64,000 nucleotides of DNA from Octopus sinensis. Its lineage: Eukaryota. Location of the stretch: the NCBI RefSeq assembly GCF_006345805.1, contig NC_043014.1:7874001-7938000 (forward strand). Direction: 5' to 3'. The notes under the pieces are model-generated. The model did no database searches, was not told the origin of the DNA, and saw nothing but the letters and a program-made list of their open reading frames with translations. Every line of letters begins with the position of its first letter. Position 1 is the stretch's first letter. The position numbers and the translations under genes are program-made. This document shows positions 63,810 to 64,000 of this stretch, piece by piece.

Positions 63810-64000
63810 GGGTTACTGCGCGGATCGTCTATAACAGATGTATTCATTCCCAGGATTCCCCCTAATCCCTCGGGAACAGACACATACCTTTCGATTTCAG
63901 AAGACTGCAATTCCCGCTCCGGCCCAGCTTTGCCATGTCTGTCAACAAGTCCCAGGGTCAGACTCTTTCTCTAGCCGGACTTCTCTTGGAAGAGCCTTGA
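63810..64000 (+). pseudogene. Helitron PIF1-helicase C-terminal fragment
   Basis: DVFIPRIPLIP...FRRLQFPLRPSFAMSVNKSQGQTLSLAGLLLEEP across a frameshift. Confidence 0.85.

Overview
Eukaryotic, AT-rich, microsatellite-dense window made almost entirely of transposable elements. The repeat repertoire suggests an octopus or other coleoid cephalopod (inference from remembered family features, not a database hit). No host gene can be confidently called; a few candidate exons are listed as low-confidence findings. Contents: (1) a 7.1 kb Penelope-like element (PLE; RT + GIY-YIG, two pseudo-LTRs) at 51170-58310 whose checked frameshifts sit in homopolymers. (2) Many short PLE-type termini and palindromic insertions from several unrelated families carrying minimal type I hammerhead ribozyme (HHR) motifs with family-specific, covarying stems. 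(3) Three tRNA-derived SINE families, including 184-bp head-to-tail concatemers with the same junction at two loci. (4) A near-intact IR/DR Tc1 (DD34E), decayed mariners, non-autonomous Helitrons (one tandem pair with a captured fragment) and a Helitron PIF1-helicase fossil with nested insertions. (5) Fragments of CR1-, RTE-, R4/Dong-, HERO- and L1/Tx1-like LINEs. (6) A ~50-copy 38-bp satellite. Most ORFs in the supplied track are microsatellite artefacts. All family assignments come from motif recognition by eye and need HMM/BLAST confirmation; coordinates are hand-counted and may be off by a few bases.
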